Source: Chloroflexota bacterium (GTDB lineage: Bacteria > Chloroflexota > UBA11872). From it: 64,000 nucleotides of DNA. How positions within the stretch are numbered: position 1 is the stretch's first letter; each line of letters begins with the position of its first letter. The notes under the pieces were generated by a model that was given only the letters and a program-made list of their open reading frames with translations, made no database searches and was not told the origin of the DNA. Shown here piece by piece: positions 1 through 8,396 of the stretch. The stretch covers positions 1,974,525 through 2,038,524 of the forward strand of contig CBDEVI010000002.1 in assembly GCA_965243625.1 (NCBI GenBank), written 5' to 3'. The position numbers and the translations under genes are program-made.

Positions 1-76
1 GCAATCCGCCCGACGTAATACCATGGCGCCGGCGCCGCGATTGGAGCGGCGCCGTTCAGCGGAGCAGCGCAGGTCT

Positions 77-643
77 ATGCCGGTCAACGGGTCCCGTCGA
101 ACCGCGCGCCTCGGGCGCGCCATTTGCGTGTTTCTGAGCGGCGTTTTCCTCGCCGGCGCCCTGGCGGCCTGCGGCGAGTCGAGCCGTTTCTCCGACCTGG
201 CGCCCACCCCTGAACCGACCCCCGCCGTCGCCCAACTGCTGGCCATGGTCCCGGCGGGACGGACCGCGCCCAACCTGGCCCCGGCGCCGCCCCCGCGCAC
301 GCCGGAAGCGGTCATTACCATGGCGGCGCCGACGCCCGTCGTGATCGAGACGCCGACGCCGCCGCCAAGCGGGGAGGGACCGGCCCCGCCGCCACCGACG
401 GCGGCGCCGCCCAGCGACCTTTCCCCCGGGCATCAGCTTTTCATCGCCAACGGCTGCACGGTCTGCCACGCCGAAGACCTGAGCGGCGGCATCGGACCGG
501 CGCTCGCGGGACGGACGGTTGACGATCTGACCGAGGAGCGCATCCGCCAGCAGCTCGGCGAGGGCGGCAACGGCATGCCGCCGTTTCCCGACTTGACGGA
601 AGAGCAAATCGTTCAGCTCATGGAATTCATTCGCAGCTCCTGA
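77..643 (+). CDS. c-type cytochrome lipoprotein (mono-haem, CxxCH) with Pro/Thr-rich linker
   Basis: Lipobox-like signal (LAGALAACGES), PT/PA-rich linker, haem-binding motif CTVCH, then GGIGPALAG...GMPPFP typical of class I cytochrome c. ATG at 77 is preceded by GGAGCAG; an upstream in-frame start at 23 is possible. Confidence 0.6.
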   Translation: MPVNGSRRTARLGRAICVFLSGVFLAGALAACGESSRFSDLAPTPEPTPAVAQLLAMVPAGRTAPNLAPAPPPRTPEAVITMAAPTPVVIETPTPPPSGEGPAPPPPTAAPPSDLSPGHQLFIANGCTVCHAEDLSGGIGPALAGRTVDDLTEERIRQQLGEGGNGMPPFPDLTEEQIVQLMEFIRSS

Positions 644-710
644 GTCCAAAATGACAATGCGCGTCCGCGCGCTCGTCGTAGAATCTGATGAAGGTCCGGT
701 GAGGAGCGCC

Positions 711-1388
711 ATGTTGCGCGTCGGAATCGTCGCAGCGATCGCGTTTACGGTGGTCCTGGCGGCGTGCGGCGACACTGCCGCTCCAGCAGCGCCCGCCGCC
801 GAGGCCGCACCGACGGCGACCGAAGCCCCCGCGCCGCCCACGGCAACGGACACTCCCGCTCCGCCGCCCGCGCCAACGCCGCAGCCGACGGCCACGCAGG
901 CGCCACAGCCAGCCGCCACGCCGACCCCGCCGCCGGCCCCAGCAAGGCCAGTTGCCGTCGACTTCTCGCTTCCAAGCGCCCAGGGTCCGCAATACACCCT
1001 GAGCTCATTCGCGGGGCAGCAGCCGGTGGTGGTGGTCTTCTACCGCGCTTTCTGGTGAGGGACCTGCCGCACCCAGCTCGTGGAGCTGCAGAAGCACTAC
1101 CAGGAGTTCGAGTCTCGGGGCGTGGAGATCCTCGCCGTCAGCACCGACTCGCTGGAAGACACCGCCGGCATCGTGGAGCGGGTCGGCATCCAATTCCCGG
1201 TGCTCTACAACATCGAGGGCAACGTCCCCCGCGAATACGGCATCTTCAATCTCTACGGCGACGGGCTCGCCACGGGGTCGGCGTTCTTGATTGATCTTGA
1301 CGGGAACCTGGCCTGGAAGTCGATCTACAGCGGCGTCCACGACCTGATCACGTCAGCCGACATCCTGGCGGCCATCGACGAGCTGTAG
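711..1388 (+). CDS. TlpA/ResA-like thiol:disulfide oxidoreductase lipoprotein, candidate selenoprotein (in-frame UGA at 1056-1058 read as Sec; motif FW-U-GTC)
   Basis: Signal/lipobox (VVLAACGD), PT-rich linker, then ...VVVFYRAFW-TGA-GTCRTQLVELQKHYQEFESRGVEILAVSTDS... The ORFs at 651-1058 and 1080-1388 are in the same frame, separated only by the TGA. The TGA sits exactly where the first Cys of the thioredoxin-fold WCxxC motif belongs. RBS GGTGAGGAG lies upstream of the ATG at 711. The paralog at 1540 has the identical layout. Confidence 0.6.
780..960 (+). repeat. Pro/Thr/Ala-rich low-complexity coding repeat (linker)
   Basis: Reiterated CCGACGCC/GCGCCGAC units encoding APTATEAPAPPTATDTPAPP. 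Confidence 0.7.
1074..1088 (+). promoter_or_regulatory. putative bacterial SECIS-like hairpin (CAGCUC-GUG-GAGCUG) 15 nt downstream of the in-frame UGA
   Basis: Perfect 6-bp stem with a G/U-containing loop, starting 15 nt 3' of the TGA. The identical 15-mer is conserved after the TGA of the paralog (2401-2415) although the intervening codons differ. Confidence 0.4.
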
Positions 1389-1539
1389 CGCAACGGCGGC
1401 GCCCGCACGCCGGGGCGATCTGGCGGAAACGCGGATTGGCCGCCTCATCGCATTCATCGGCCGGCCAAAGGCCGCGACGGCAAACCGGGACTACGCCACC
1501 GACGTAGAATTCGAGGGAAGAGGCGTCGGGAGAATCCGG

Positions 1540-2715
1540 GTGCGCGTCGGGATCATCGCGGTCGTCGCGCTGGCGGTCGTCCTGGCCGCGTGCGGCGAAG
1601 CCGCCGAGCCCGCGGAGCCCGCCGCCGAGGCGGCGCCCACGGCAACCGCGACTCCGCCGCCGGCGCCAACGGACACTCCCGCTCCGCCGCCACCCGCGCC
1701 GACGCCAACCAGCCCGCCGACGCCCACCGCCGCTGCCGCACCGACTCCAGTAGCTGTCGCCGCAGCGCCAACTCCCACGGCTGTTCCCGAGCCGACCTCG
1801 ACCCCGGCGCCCGAACCCACGTCCACTCCGGCCCCAACGCCCACGCCGGCGCCCGCCCCAACGTTCACGCCACAACCCACGCCCACCACGGCGCCCGCGC
1901 CGACACCGACTCCCGCACCCCAGCCCACGCCAACGCCACAGCCGACTCCCACGCGGGCACCAGAGCCCACGCCAACGCCGCAACCGACGCCTACGCCCGC
2001 GCCGGAACCCACGCCGACTCCAACCCCCGAGCCGACGGCACTCGACCTTTATGACGACGACGGCAACGGTCGGATCTCATGCGCCGAAGCACGCGCGCAC
2101 GGGATTGCCCCGGTCAGGAGCGACCATCCGGCGTACGAGTACATGACGGATCGAGACGGCGACGGCGTGGTTTGCGAGACGGCCGCGTCCACGCCGACGC
2201 CGGAACCGACCCCGACGCCGGAACCGACGCCCACACCACAGCCAACCCCGACCCCAACGTCCGCACCGGCCAGACCGGCCGCCGTCGACTTTTCGCTGCC
2301 AAGCGCTCAGGGCCCGCAATACACCCTGAGCTCATTCCAGGGACAGCAGCCGGTGGTGGTGGTGTTCTACCGCGCCTTCTGGTGAACGGCTTGCCGTACG
2401 CAGCTCGTGGAGCTGCAGAACAACTACCAGGAGTTCCAATCGCGCGGCGTGGAGGTCCTGGCTATCAGCACCGACTCGCTGGAAGACACCGCCGGTATCA
2501 TTGCGCAGATCGGCATCGAATTCCCGGTGCTCTACAACACCGAAGGTGACGTGCCCAGGGCCTACGGCGTCTTCAATCACTTTGGCGACGGTCTCGCCAC
2601 GGGGTCGGCATTCCTGGTCGATCTGGACGGGAGTTTGGCCTGGAGTCGGATCTACAGCGGCGTCTACGACTTGATCACATCCGCCGACATCCTGGCGGCC
2701 ATCGACGCGCTGTAG
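1540..2715 (+). CDS. TlpA/ResA-like thiol:disulfide oxidoreductase lipoprotein with Excalibur Ca-binding domain, candidate selenoprotein (in-frame UGA at 2383-2385; motif FW-U-TAC)
   Basis: GTG start at 1540 with GGGAGAA RBS and lipobox VLAACGE. A long PTPEPTP linker contains DDDGNGRISCAEA...DRDGDGVVCE (Excalibur DxDxDGxxCE). The C-terminal redoxin domain is interrupted by a TGA in the same frame, exactly as in the upstream paralog: ORFs 1540-2385 and 2407-2715 are co-linear. Confidence 0.6.
1620..2040 (+). repeat. PTPEPTP-type low-complexity coding repeat (linker)
   Basis: Dozens of ACGCCGACGCC-like 6-9 nt units. It explains the long antisense ORFs. Confidence 0.75.
2401..2415 (+). promoter_or_regulatory. 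putative SECIS-like hairpin of the second UxxC gene
   Basis: Same CAGCTCGTGGAGCTG hairpin, 15 nt after the TGA at 2383-2385. Confidence 0.4.
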
Positions 2716-2790
2716 GCGCTTGACGGCGCCCGCTGCACGCCGTGGGCCGCGCGCCTACAATCGCCGCCGGCTTCACCGACGGAAATCCCT

Positions 2791-3855
2791 ATGAATAACC
2801 CGCTGCGAGCCGGCGTGGTCGGCCTGACCGGCATCGGGGCCAATCGTCCCGGGCCAGGGCCGGGACCGGGCACCGGCTTCGAGATGCCGCATTCGCACGT
2901 CGCCGCCTATCGCCATGTCGCCGGCACCGAGCCGGTGGCGGTGTGCGACATCGTGCCCGAGAAGCTGGACGACTTTCACCGCACCTGGAGCGACGTGCTG
3001 CCCGACGTGCGCGGCTACACCGATTACCGCGAGATGCTGGCCCGCGAGGAGCTGGACGTGATCAGCGTGGCGACCCCGGACGACCGGCACGCGCAGATCG
3101 TGGTCGACGCGGTGGACGCCGGCGTGCGCGGGATCGTGTGCGAAAAGCCCATCGCCTCGACGCTGGCCGACGCCGACCGCATGATCGCCGCCGTCGAGGC
3201 CGCGGGCGTCCCCATGCTGGTGGATCACACGAGGCGCTGGATGTTCCCATGGGTGCAGGTGGCGGAAGTGATTGCGTCCGGCGAAATCGGCGACGTGCAG
3301 CGGATCGTGGCCAACCAGGGCGGCCCGCGGGCGATGCTGTTTCGCAACGGCACCCACATGTTCGACACCATTCTCTGGTTCGCCGGCGGCACGCCCACCG
3401 CGGTCTACGCGATCGCCGAAGCCGGGTTCGAGGACTACCCTCCGCGCTATGCCAGCGACGGCGGCCACGACCCCGACACCGACCCGGCCATGTCCGTGGT
3501 CGTCGAGTTCGACAACGGCGTGCGCGCCTTCTGGAACATGTGCAAGACCATGCCCCAGGTGTTCTCGCTGGAGGTCTTGGGCACTGCCGGGATCGCGCGT
3601 GTGGACGACTCGGGCAACGCGAGCGTCGTCGTCAAGAACGGCGGCGACTTTCAGCAGCGCAGCCTTCCCCGACCCCAGTACACCCTGGGCCACATCGCCG
3701 GCTGCGTCGAGGAAATGGTGCAGCTGATCCACCACGGCGGGCAGCCCTCGATGGACGGTCGGACATCGCGCCAGGTCGTGGAAGTGCTGCTGGCCGCGCT
3801 GCACTCGCAGCACGCCGGCAACGCCCGCATCACGCTGCCGATCACCGACGTGTAG
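2791..3855 (+). CDS. Gfo/Idh/MocA family NAD(P)-dependent oxidoreductase
   Basis: N-terminal Rossmann motif (GVVGLTGIG) and the family hallmark VATPDDRHAQIVVDAVDAGVRGIVCEKPIA...VDHTRRW. Confidence 0.85.
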   Translation: MNNPLRAGVVGLTGIGANRPGPGPGPGTGFEMPHSHVAAYRHVAGTEPVAVCDIVPEKLDDFHRTWSDVLPDVRGYTDYREMLAREELDVISVATPDDRHAQIVVDAVDAGVRGIVCEKPIASTLADADRMIAAVEAAGVPMLVDHTRRWMFPWVQVAEVIASGEIGDVQRIVANQGGPRAMLFRNGTHMFDTILWFAGGTPTAVYAIAEAGFEDYPPRYASDGGHDPDTDPAMSVVVEFDNGVRAFWNMCKTMPQVFSLEVLGTAGIARVDDSGNASVVVKNGGDFQQRSLPRPQYTLGHIAGCVEEMVQLIHHGGQPSMDGRTSRQVVEVLLAALHSQHAGNARITLPITDV

Positions 3856-3866
3856 GCGGCCCGCGG

Positions 3867-4850
3867 CTAAAGCGACTTGATATAGGCCACGATCGCCAAT
3901 AGCTCTTCGCGCGAGAGCAGCGTGTCGAGGTCGGCCTGCATCAGGCCTGCTTCGTATCCCTCCACGACTTCCGCGTTGGGGTCCACGATCGCGCGCAGCA
4001 GGTAGGCGTCGTCGGCGATGACCGTTGAGCCGTCGGCCAGCGTGACCCGGCTGAGGTAGACGCCCTGCCAGGTGGGCCCGATGCCGTCGGTCCCATCGCT
4101 GCTGTGGCACGCCTCGCAACCAATGGCGCGGACGAGCGAAGCCCCCAAGGCCGGATCAGGCGCCGCCACGGTGGGCGTGGGCTCCGGTGTGGGCGTGGGC
4201 GTTGGTTGCGGCGTAGGGGTTGGCGTTGGCGTTGGCGTCGGTGAGGGAGTCGGCGTGGGTGCCGGTGTTGGAGTCGGCGTCGGTTCCGGCGTGGGCGTGG
4301 GAGTCGGTTGCGGAGTCGGCGTGGGAGTGGGAGTGGGCCGCGGGGTCGGGGTCGGTTCCGGAGTTGGCGTGGGCTCCGGCGTGGGTGTCGGCGCGGCGGT
4401 CGGGGTGGGCGGCGGTGTCGCGGTGGGTTCCGGTGTCGCCGTTGGTTCCGGCGTGGTCGTCGGCTGGGGTGTGGGCGTAGGCGCCAGCGTCGGCGCGGGC
4501 GTCGCCGTGGGCGCTGGCGATGGGGTGGGCTCCGGGGTCTGCGTTGGCGTCGGAGTAGGCTCGGGCGTTGAGGTCGGCGTGGGTTCCGGCACGGGCGTAG
4601 GCTCGACCGTGGCAGTCGGCGCGAGCCTCGTCACCGTCGTCGGCGTCGAGGTTGGCGTGGGTGCAGGCGTGGGGGATGCAGCCGGTGGCGTGGCCGCCGC
4701 AGGCGGAGCTGAGGCTTCCCCGCATGCCAGGCACAGGAAGCCCACCGCGACGATGACGCCCGCTATTCGGGAGATGCTCGAGGGACCGGTCGACCGGCGC
4801 ATGGGTCCGCCCCGGCGACCACGGGCGAATCTACGCACGCGTCGGTTCAC
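3867..4850 (-). CDS. c-type cytochrome lipoprotein (CxxCH) with very long PTPEPTP linker
   Basis: Signal/lipobox ([10 protein letters not shown]), about 200 aa of PTPEPTP repeats, then a C-terminal cytochrome c domain: [18 protein letters not shown]...[11 protein letters not shown]. Confidence 0.7.
   Translation of the reverse strand: MNRRVRRFARGRRGGPMRRSTGPSSISRIAGVIVAVGFLCLACGEASAPPAAATPPAASPTPAPTPTSTPTTVTRLAPTATVEPTPVPEPTPTSTPEPTPTPTQTPEPTPSPAPTATPAPTLAPTPTPQPTTTPEPTATPEPTATPPPTPTAAPTPTPEPTPTPEPTPTPRPTPTPTPTPQPTPTPTPEPTPTPTPAPTPTPSPTPTPTPTPTPQPTPTPTPEPTPTVAAPDPALGASLVRAIGCEACHSSDGTDGIGPTWQGVYLSRVTLADGSTVIADDAYLLRAIVDPNAEVVEGYEAGLMQADLDTLLSREELLAIVAYIKSL
4150..4720 (-). repeat. PTPEPTP low-complexity coding repeat (linker of the cytochrome c gene)
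   Basis: GGCGTGGG/GGTTCCGG-type units throughout. Confidence 0.75.
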
Positions 4851-4882
4851 ACAGCTCGCGAGTCACGGGCATTCAGGAAACC

Positions 4883-5977
4883 GTGCTCGGGGCCATGCGA
4901 ATGTGTCCTGCAATCTCGTCGCGCGGCGCATACGCGAGAGAGTATCGCGCGAGACTGGTAAATTCTGCCGTTGCTCCCCTTGAGTGCCCGCGGCAGGCAG
5001 CAGAGGTCGTCTTGGTCGTGCCGGAACAGTCTCCGCAGCGGAATCTGGCGATTGTCACTCGCAACGTCCTCGCTCAAGCCGTGCAGCTGATGGGGACGGT
5101 CGTGTCCTATTCGGCGACGGCGCTCCTGCTTGCGGTCACCCTGTTCGTGGCGATCCTGCCCGCGCGCCTTGTGGATGCGGCCGCCGCCTGGCTGGGACGC
5201 CGCGTGTATGCCCGGGGCGGGCGTCGCTCGCGCCAGCTGCGCGCCAACCTGTCGGTGGCCATGGGCCCATCGGCCTCGGCGCAAGACGTAAACGCCGCGG
5301 CCGGGGATGTCTATGCCAGTTACGGGCGCTACCTGGTGGAGTACTTCACGATGATCTGGCCCGATTGGTGGCGCCGACACCGCCGGGTCGAGATCGATTC
5401 GTCAGAGTTGGCGGCCGCGCTCGATGCAGGCCGGGGCGCCATCATCGTGAGCATGCACGCTGCGAGCTTTGAGATCGCCGCCCGCGAGCTGCGACGGCGA
5501 CACGCACCCATCTCTTCCGCCGGCGAACGGCTGCGTCCGCACTGGCTGGGGCGCGTGTTCGCGATGATCCGACGACAGGCAAAGATCGAGGTGCACGACG
5601 AGCGCGAGGCCGCCCGCCCGCTGCTGCGCGCGCTGCGCCGCAACGAGGCCGTGGGACTGGCCGCGGACCGCGTCATCATCGGCGACGGCGTGCCAGTGCA
5701 GCTGTGCGGCGAGACCGCGCTGCTCCCCAAGGGGCCCGCGCTGCTCGCCATCATGAGCGGCGCGCCGCTGATGCCCGCCTTCACCCGCCGCTTGCCCGAC
5801 GGGCGCGTGCAGGGCTACTTCGGACGCGCCATCCACCTGCGCGACCTGGACCGCTCGAACGACGGCCTGCAGGAAGGCGTGCAACGCATGGCGGATGTGC
5901 TGACGGAGATGATCGGCTACGGCTACCGCAGCTGGTACGCCCTGCACCCGGTGTGGCAAGCGGCGCGGGTGCGATAG
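4883..5977 (+). CDS. lipid A biosynthesis-type acyltransferase (LpxL/HtrB/PatA lysophospholipid acyltransferase family)
   Basis: N-terminal membrane anchor, then RGAIIVSMHAASFE (HX4D/E-like), LRRNEAVGLAADR and LPKGPALLAIMSGAPLMPAF, all typical of PF03279-type acyltransferases. GTG at 4883 with AGGAAA RBS; an alternative ATG at 5090 is possible. Confidence 0.55.
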   Translation: MLGAMRMCPAISSRGAYAREYRARLVNSAVAPLECPRQAAEVVLVVPEQSPQRNLAIVTRNVLAQAVQLMGTVVSYSATALLLAVTLFVAILPARLVDAAAAWLGRRVYARGGRRSRQLRANLSVAMGPSASAQDVNAAAGDVYASYGRYLVEYFTMIWPDWWRRHRRVEIDSSELAAALDAGRGAIIVSMHAASFEIAARELRRRHAPISSAGERLRPHWLGRVFAMIRRQAKIEVHDEREAARPLLRALRRNEAVGLAADRVIIGDGVPVQLCGETALLPKGPALLAIMSGAPLMPAFTRRLPDGRVQGYFGRAIHLRDLDRSNDGLQEGVQRMADVLTEMIGYGYRSWYALHPVWQAARVR

Positions 5978-6020
5978 CGGCCGACTAATCCAGACCAGGG
6001 GCCGGACGGGCGGGTTGGAA

Positions 6021-6046
6021 ACCCGCCCCTACCGACACGCAGAAGA
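6021..6046. terminator. GC hairpin GGGCGGGTT-GGA-AACCCGCCC followed by CTACC (repeated hairpin family)
   Basis: Perfect 9-bp stem 45 nt after the stop at 5977. Related copies are at 20842-20866, 40452-40478 and 40738-40764. Confidence 0.4.
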
Positions 6047-6179
6047 GTGCAACACCCTCGGCACAAATGTCCCCAAAATCCGTTCGCTGAACCCTTCGAC
6101 AAGCTCAGAGCCTGCCCCGTACTCGATACGGGGGCGAACGGATTGGGGCAGAGCCGGTGATCTTATGCCGCGATTCCTA

Positions 6180-6929
6180 CTACGCGTTGCCGGCGCTCTT
6201 GAGAAACTCCCGCGCGCCGGCCTCCAGCCAGGGCGTCCAGGGCGGGTGCAGGAAGCGGGCGCCGACGTCGATCCAGTGGGCCGCGTCTGACGTGAAGGCG
6301 AGAGTGCCCGCCACCCGACCGGCGGCGACGATCTGGCGAATCGTCTTCTCCGTCAGCTCGCGAATCTCCGGCGCGGTGTTGTCCAGGATCCCCATGCTCT
6401 GGCCGAGGTCGGAGGGCGCCACGAAGAACACGTCGATGTGGTCGACCTCGAGCAACTCCGGCAGGTTGCGGACCGCCTGTATGTCCTCCACCAGGATCAC
6501 GATCAGCGTTTCGTCGTTCGCCTTGTTCAGGTAGTCGTCCACGCCGTAGCCCTGGCGCGAGCCGAACATGCCGCGATGCCCGATGGGCGCGAACTTGGCG
6601 GCGTCCACGATTTGCCGCGCCTCGTCGGCGGTGTTGACGTGCGGTACCACGATGCCCTGCGCGCCCTGGTCGAGGGTGCGGTAGATGATGCCGGGCTCCA
6701 CGCGGTTGACGCGCACGATGGACGTCACGCCCCAGAGATCGCAGGCGCGCGTGAGGTCGGCGATGTCGCCGAAGTCGACTGGGCCGTGCTCGGCCTCGAT
6801 CCAGAAGCCATCGAATCCCCACGGGCCCATGAGGTCGATCATGTCGGGCGTGTTCACGCCTGCCGGGACGGTGGCGACCCCGCCCTCGGCAAGCTTGCGC
6901 TTGATGCGGTTCGGTCGGAGTTCGGCCAT
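6180..6929 (-). CDS. HpcH/HpaI family 2-keto-3-deoxy-sugar-acid aldolase
   Basis: GFDGFWIEAEHGP...VVPHVNTADEARQIVDAAKFAPIGHRG...VEDIQAVRNLPEL are diagnostic for the HpcH/HpaI/RhmA aldolase fold. Confidence 0.85.
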   Translation of the reverse strand: MAELRPNRIKRKLAEGGVATVPAGVNTPDMIDLMGPWGFDGFWIEAEHGPVDFGDIADLTRACDLWGVTSIVRVNRVEPGIIYRTLDQGAQGIVVPHVNTADEARQIVDAAKFAPIGHRGMFGSRQGYGVDDYLNKANDETLIVILVEDIQAVRNLPELLEVDHIDVFFVAPSDLGQSMGILDNTAPEIRELTEKTIRQIVAAGRVAGTLAFTSDAAHWIDVGARFLHPPWTPWLEAGAREFLKSAGNA

Positions 6930-7217
6930 GCTGAAGAGTCCTTACGGTTGTCGACGGGCGGACCGGCGACCGTCAGCGTAAGGCATGCCGCCGCAGCATG
7001 TTGTCCGCGTGCCGAATATCGTGGACGGCGGGAATTAACGCCAGATATCGACTTGGAACCGTCCAATTCGGCCCTGGGGCGTCCGCAATTGGTCGGAATT
7101 CCACCAAGCGCCCACCTTGGGACGGGGGTTTTTTGGCACGTTCGGGCAGTTGCTTCGACTACGAACTAAAATGGCACGCGCGCTTCCGGGACGCTCCCGG
7201 GCAAGCCGACGGCTCCG

Positions 7218-8309
7218 CTAGGTGCGGGTGACGGTGATGAACGTCCCGGACACCTCGCTCATGCGTGGGTTGTTCGGGTCGGTGCGGCCGTAGGCGGCCA
7301 GCAGCACGTCGGGAGCGACCGCTTCGATCCAGTCGTAGCTGCCGCAGTCCCAGGGCTGCGGGCCCAGGTGCAGGCAAAAGTGCCCGAACCAGGTATGGCC
7401 ATCGTCCAGGCTGAACGCCAGCCAGTCACCGGGACGGCCGTAGATCACCGCCAGCACGCCGTTGTCCAGGCGGCAGGCGTTGGGCCAGACGCCGCGGTCG
7501 GCGATTGGATCGGCCACGCTCCAGGTGCGCCCGTCATCCGCCGAGCGGCTCAGGTACAGCGGGGAATAGCGGGCGTCGTAGCGCCCCCCGCTGCGCATGA
7601 AGCACAGCACTTCGCCATTCGGCAGGGTCAGCAGCGCCGGTTCATCGAAGCCCTCGATCCGCACGTGGTCGCCGGGCATCAGGTCCGACGCCACCGTGGC
7701 GCGGTAGTGCCAGCTCCGGCCGCGGTCCGTGGAGCGCACGACGTAGGTGCTGTACTTGCGATGGCCCGCAAACCGCCCGTGCACGCCGGCCAGCAGGCTG
7801 CCGTCGCTGAGCGTCACGGTGTTGTGATCGACGTAGGAGTCCACGTGGAAGCCCCAGCGCTCGCTCTCACCTTCGGCGAGCTGCGGAACGCCGGAAATCT
7901 CCACCGTCTCCGCGGCAAACGTTTGTCCCCCGTCGGTCGAACGAAAGGCGCGACCCAGGTACACGCCCGATCTATCCGTCGTGCCGAGCCAGGGCTCCTC
8001 GGAACCTTCCAGGGCGACCAACTCGCCGTCCGGGAACTGGTAGACGTGCCAGCTCGGCCACGCCGGCGCCGGCTCCCAGGTCTGGCCCGCGTCCGGTGAC
8101 GCGCGCCAGGTCATGGCGCCGTCCTCCGAGGGGACGTTGCCCGCGATCAGGCGGCCATCGCGAAGATTGAACAGGAATCCGGCCGGACAGAAGCGGTCTT
8201 GCTCCGGAATCAGCGTGATGGTGTTCTCGACCTGAATCGTCAGTCCAGGCAGCTCGTAGCGCCCGCGGCACCGCGCTTCGTGGTCGACGGGCATGGTCTT
8301 GGCAGCCAT
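7218..8309 (-). CDS. BNR/Asp-box repeat protein (sialidase-like glycoside hydrolase fold)
   Basis: Four S-x-D-x-G-x-T-W/F Asp-boxes: STDGGQTF, STDRGRSW, SADDGRTW, SLDDGHTW. Confidence 0.75.
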   Translation of the reverse strand: MAAKTMPVDHEARCRGRYELPGLTIQVENTITLIPEQDRFCPAGFLFNLRDGRLIAGNVPSEDGAMTWRASPDAGQTWEPAPAWPSWHVYQFPDGELVALEGSEEPWLGTTDRSGVYLGRAFRSTDGGQTFAAETVEISGVPQLAEGESERWGFHVDSYVDHNTVTLSDGSLLAGVHGRFAGHRKYSTYVVRSTDRGRSWHYRATVASDLMPGDHVRIEGFDEPALLTLPNGEVLCFMRSGGRYDARYSPLYLSRSADDGRTWSVADPIADRGVWPNACRLDNGVLAVIYGRPGDWLAFSLDDGHTWFGHFCLHLGPQPWDCGSYDWIEAVAPDVLLAAYGRTDPNNPRMSEVSGTFITVTRT

Positions 8310-8396
8310 CTGGCGCTCGCTTTCCGGTGTTGACGGGACGGACCGGACGCCGATGGTAGCGCCGCTCGGCGTCGTGCCCCGGAGAAGAGGAAGCGC

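Noticed and set aside
56-997. 313-aa ORF on the minus strand (Gly/Ala/Arg-rich), overlapped by 627-992 and 745-1008
   Set aside because: Antisense to the cytochrome c and Sec-TlpA genes across their PT-rich linkers. The composition is low-complexity mirror-image (GAGGV... repeats). It is a high-GC and repeat artefact.
1348-2385. Minus-strand ORFs 1348-1983, 1491-2012, 2077-2319, 2114-2335 and plus-strand 1590-2054, 2079-2549
   Set aside because: All lie inside or opposite the PTPEPTP linker of the second TlpA-like gene. They are Arg/Gly- or Ala-rich nonsense products with no RBS.
1056-2385. Interpreting the in-frame TGA codons as pseudogene lesions or sequencing errors
   Set aside because: The same stop at the same catalytic position in two diverged paralogs, plus a conserved downstream hairpin, is far better explained by selenocysteine recoding. 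It is kept as a finding and not as a pseudogene call.
2773-4119. 448-aa minus-strand ORF, and 2943-3902 on the plus strand
   Set aside because: Antisense or alternate frame to the well-supported Gfo/Idh/MocA gene (2791-3855). Arg/His-rich with no motifs.
4072-4983. 303-aa plus-strand ORF with GVGVGVG repeats
   Set aside because: Mirror image of the PTPEPTP linker of the minus-strand cytochrome c gene.
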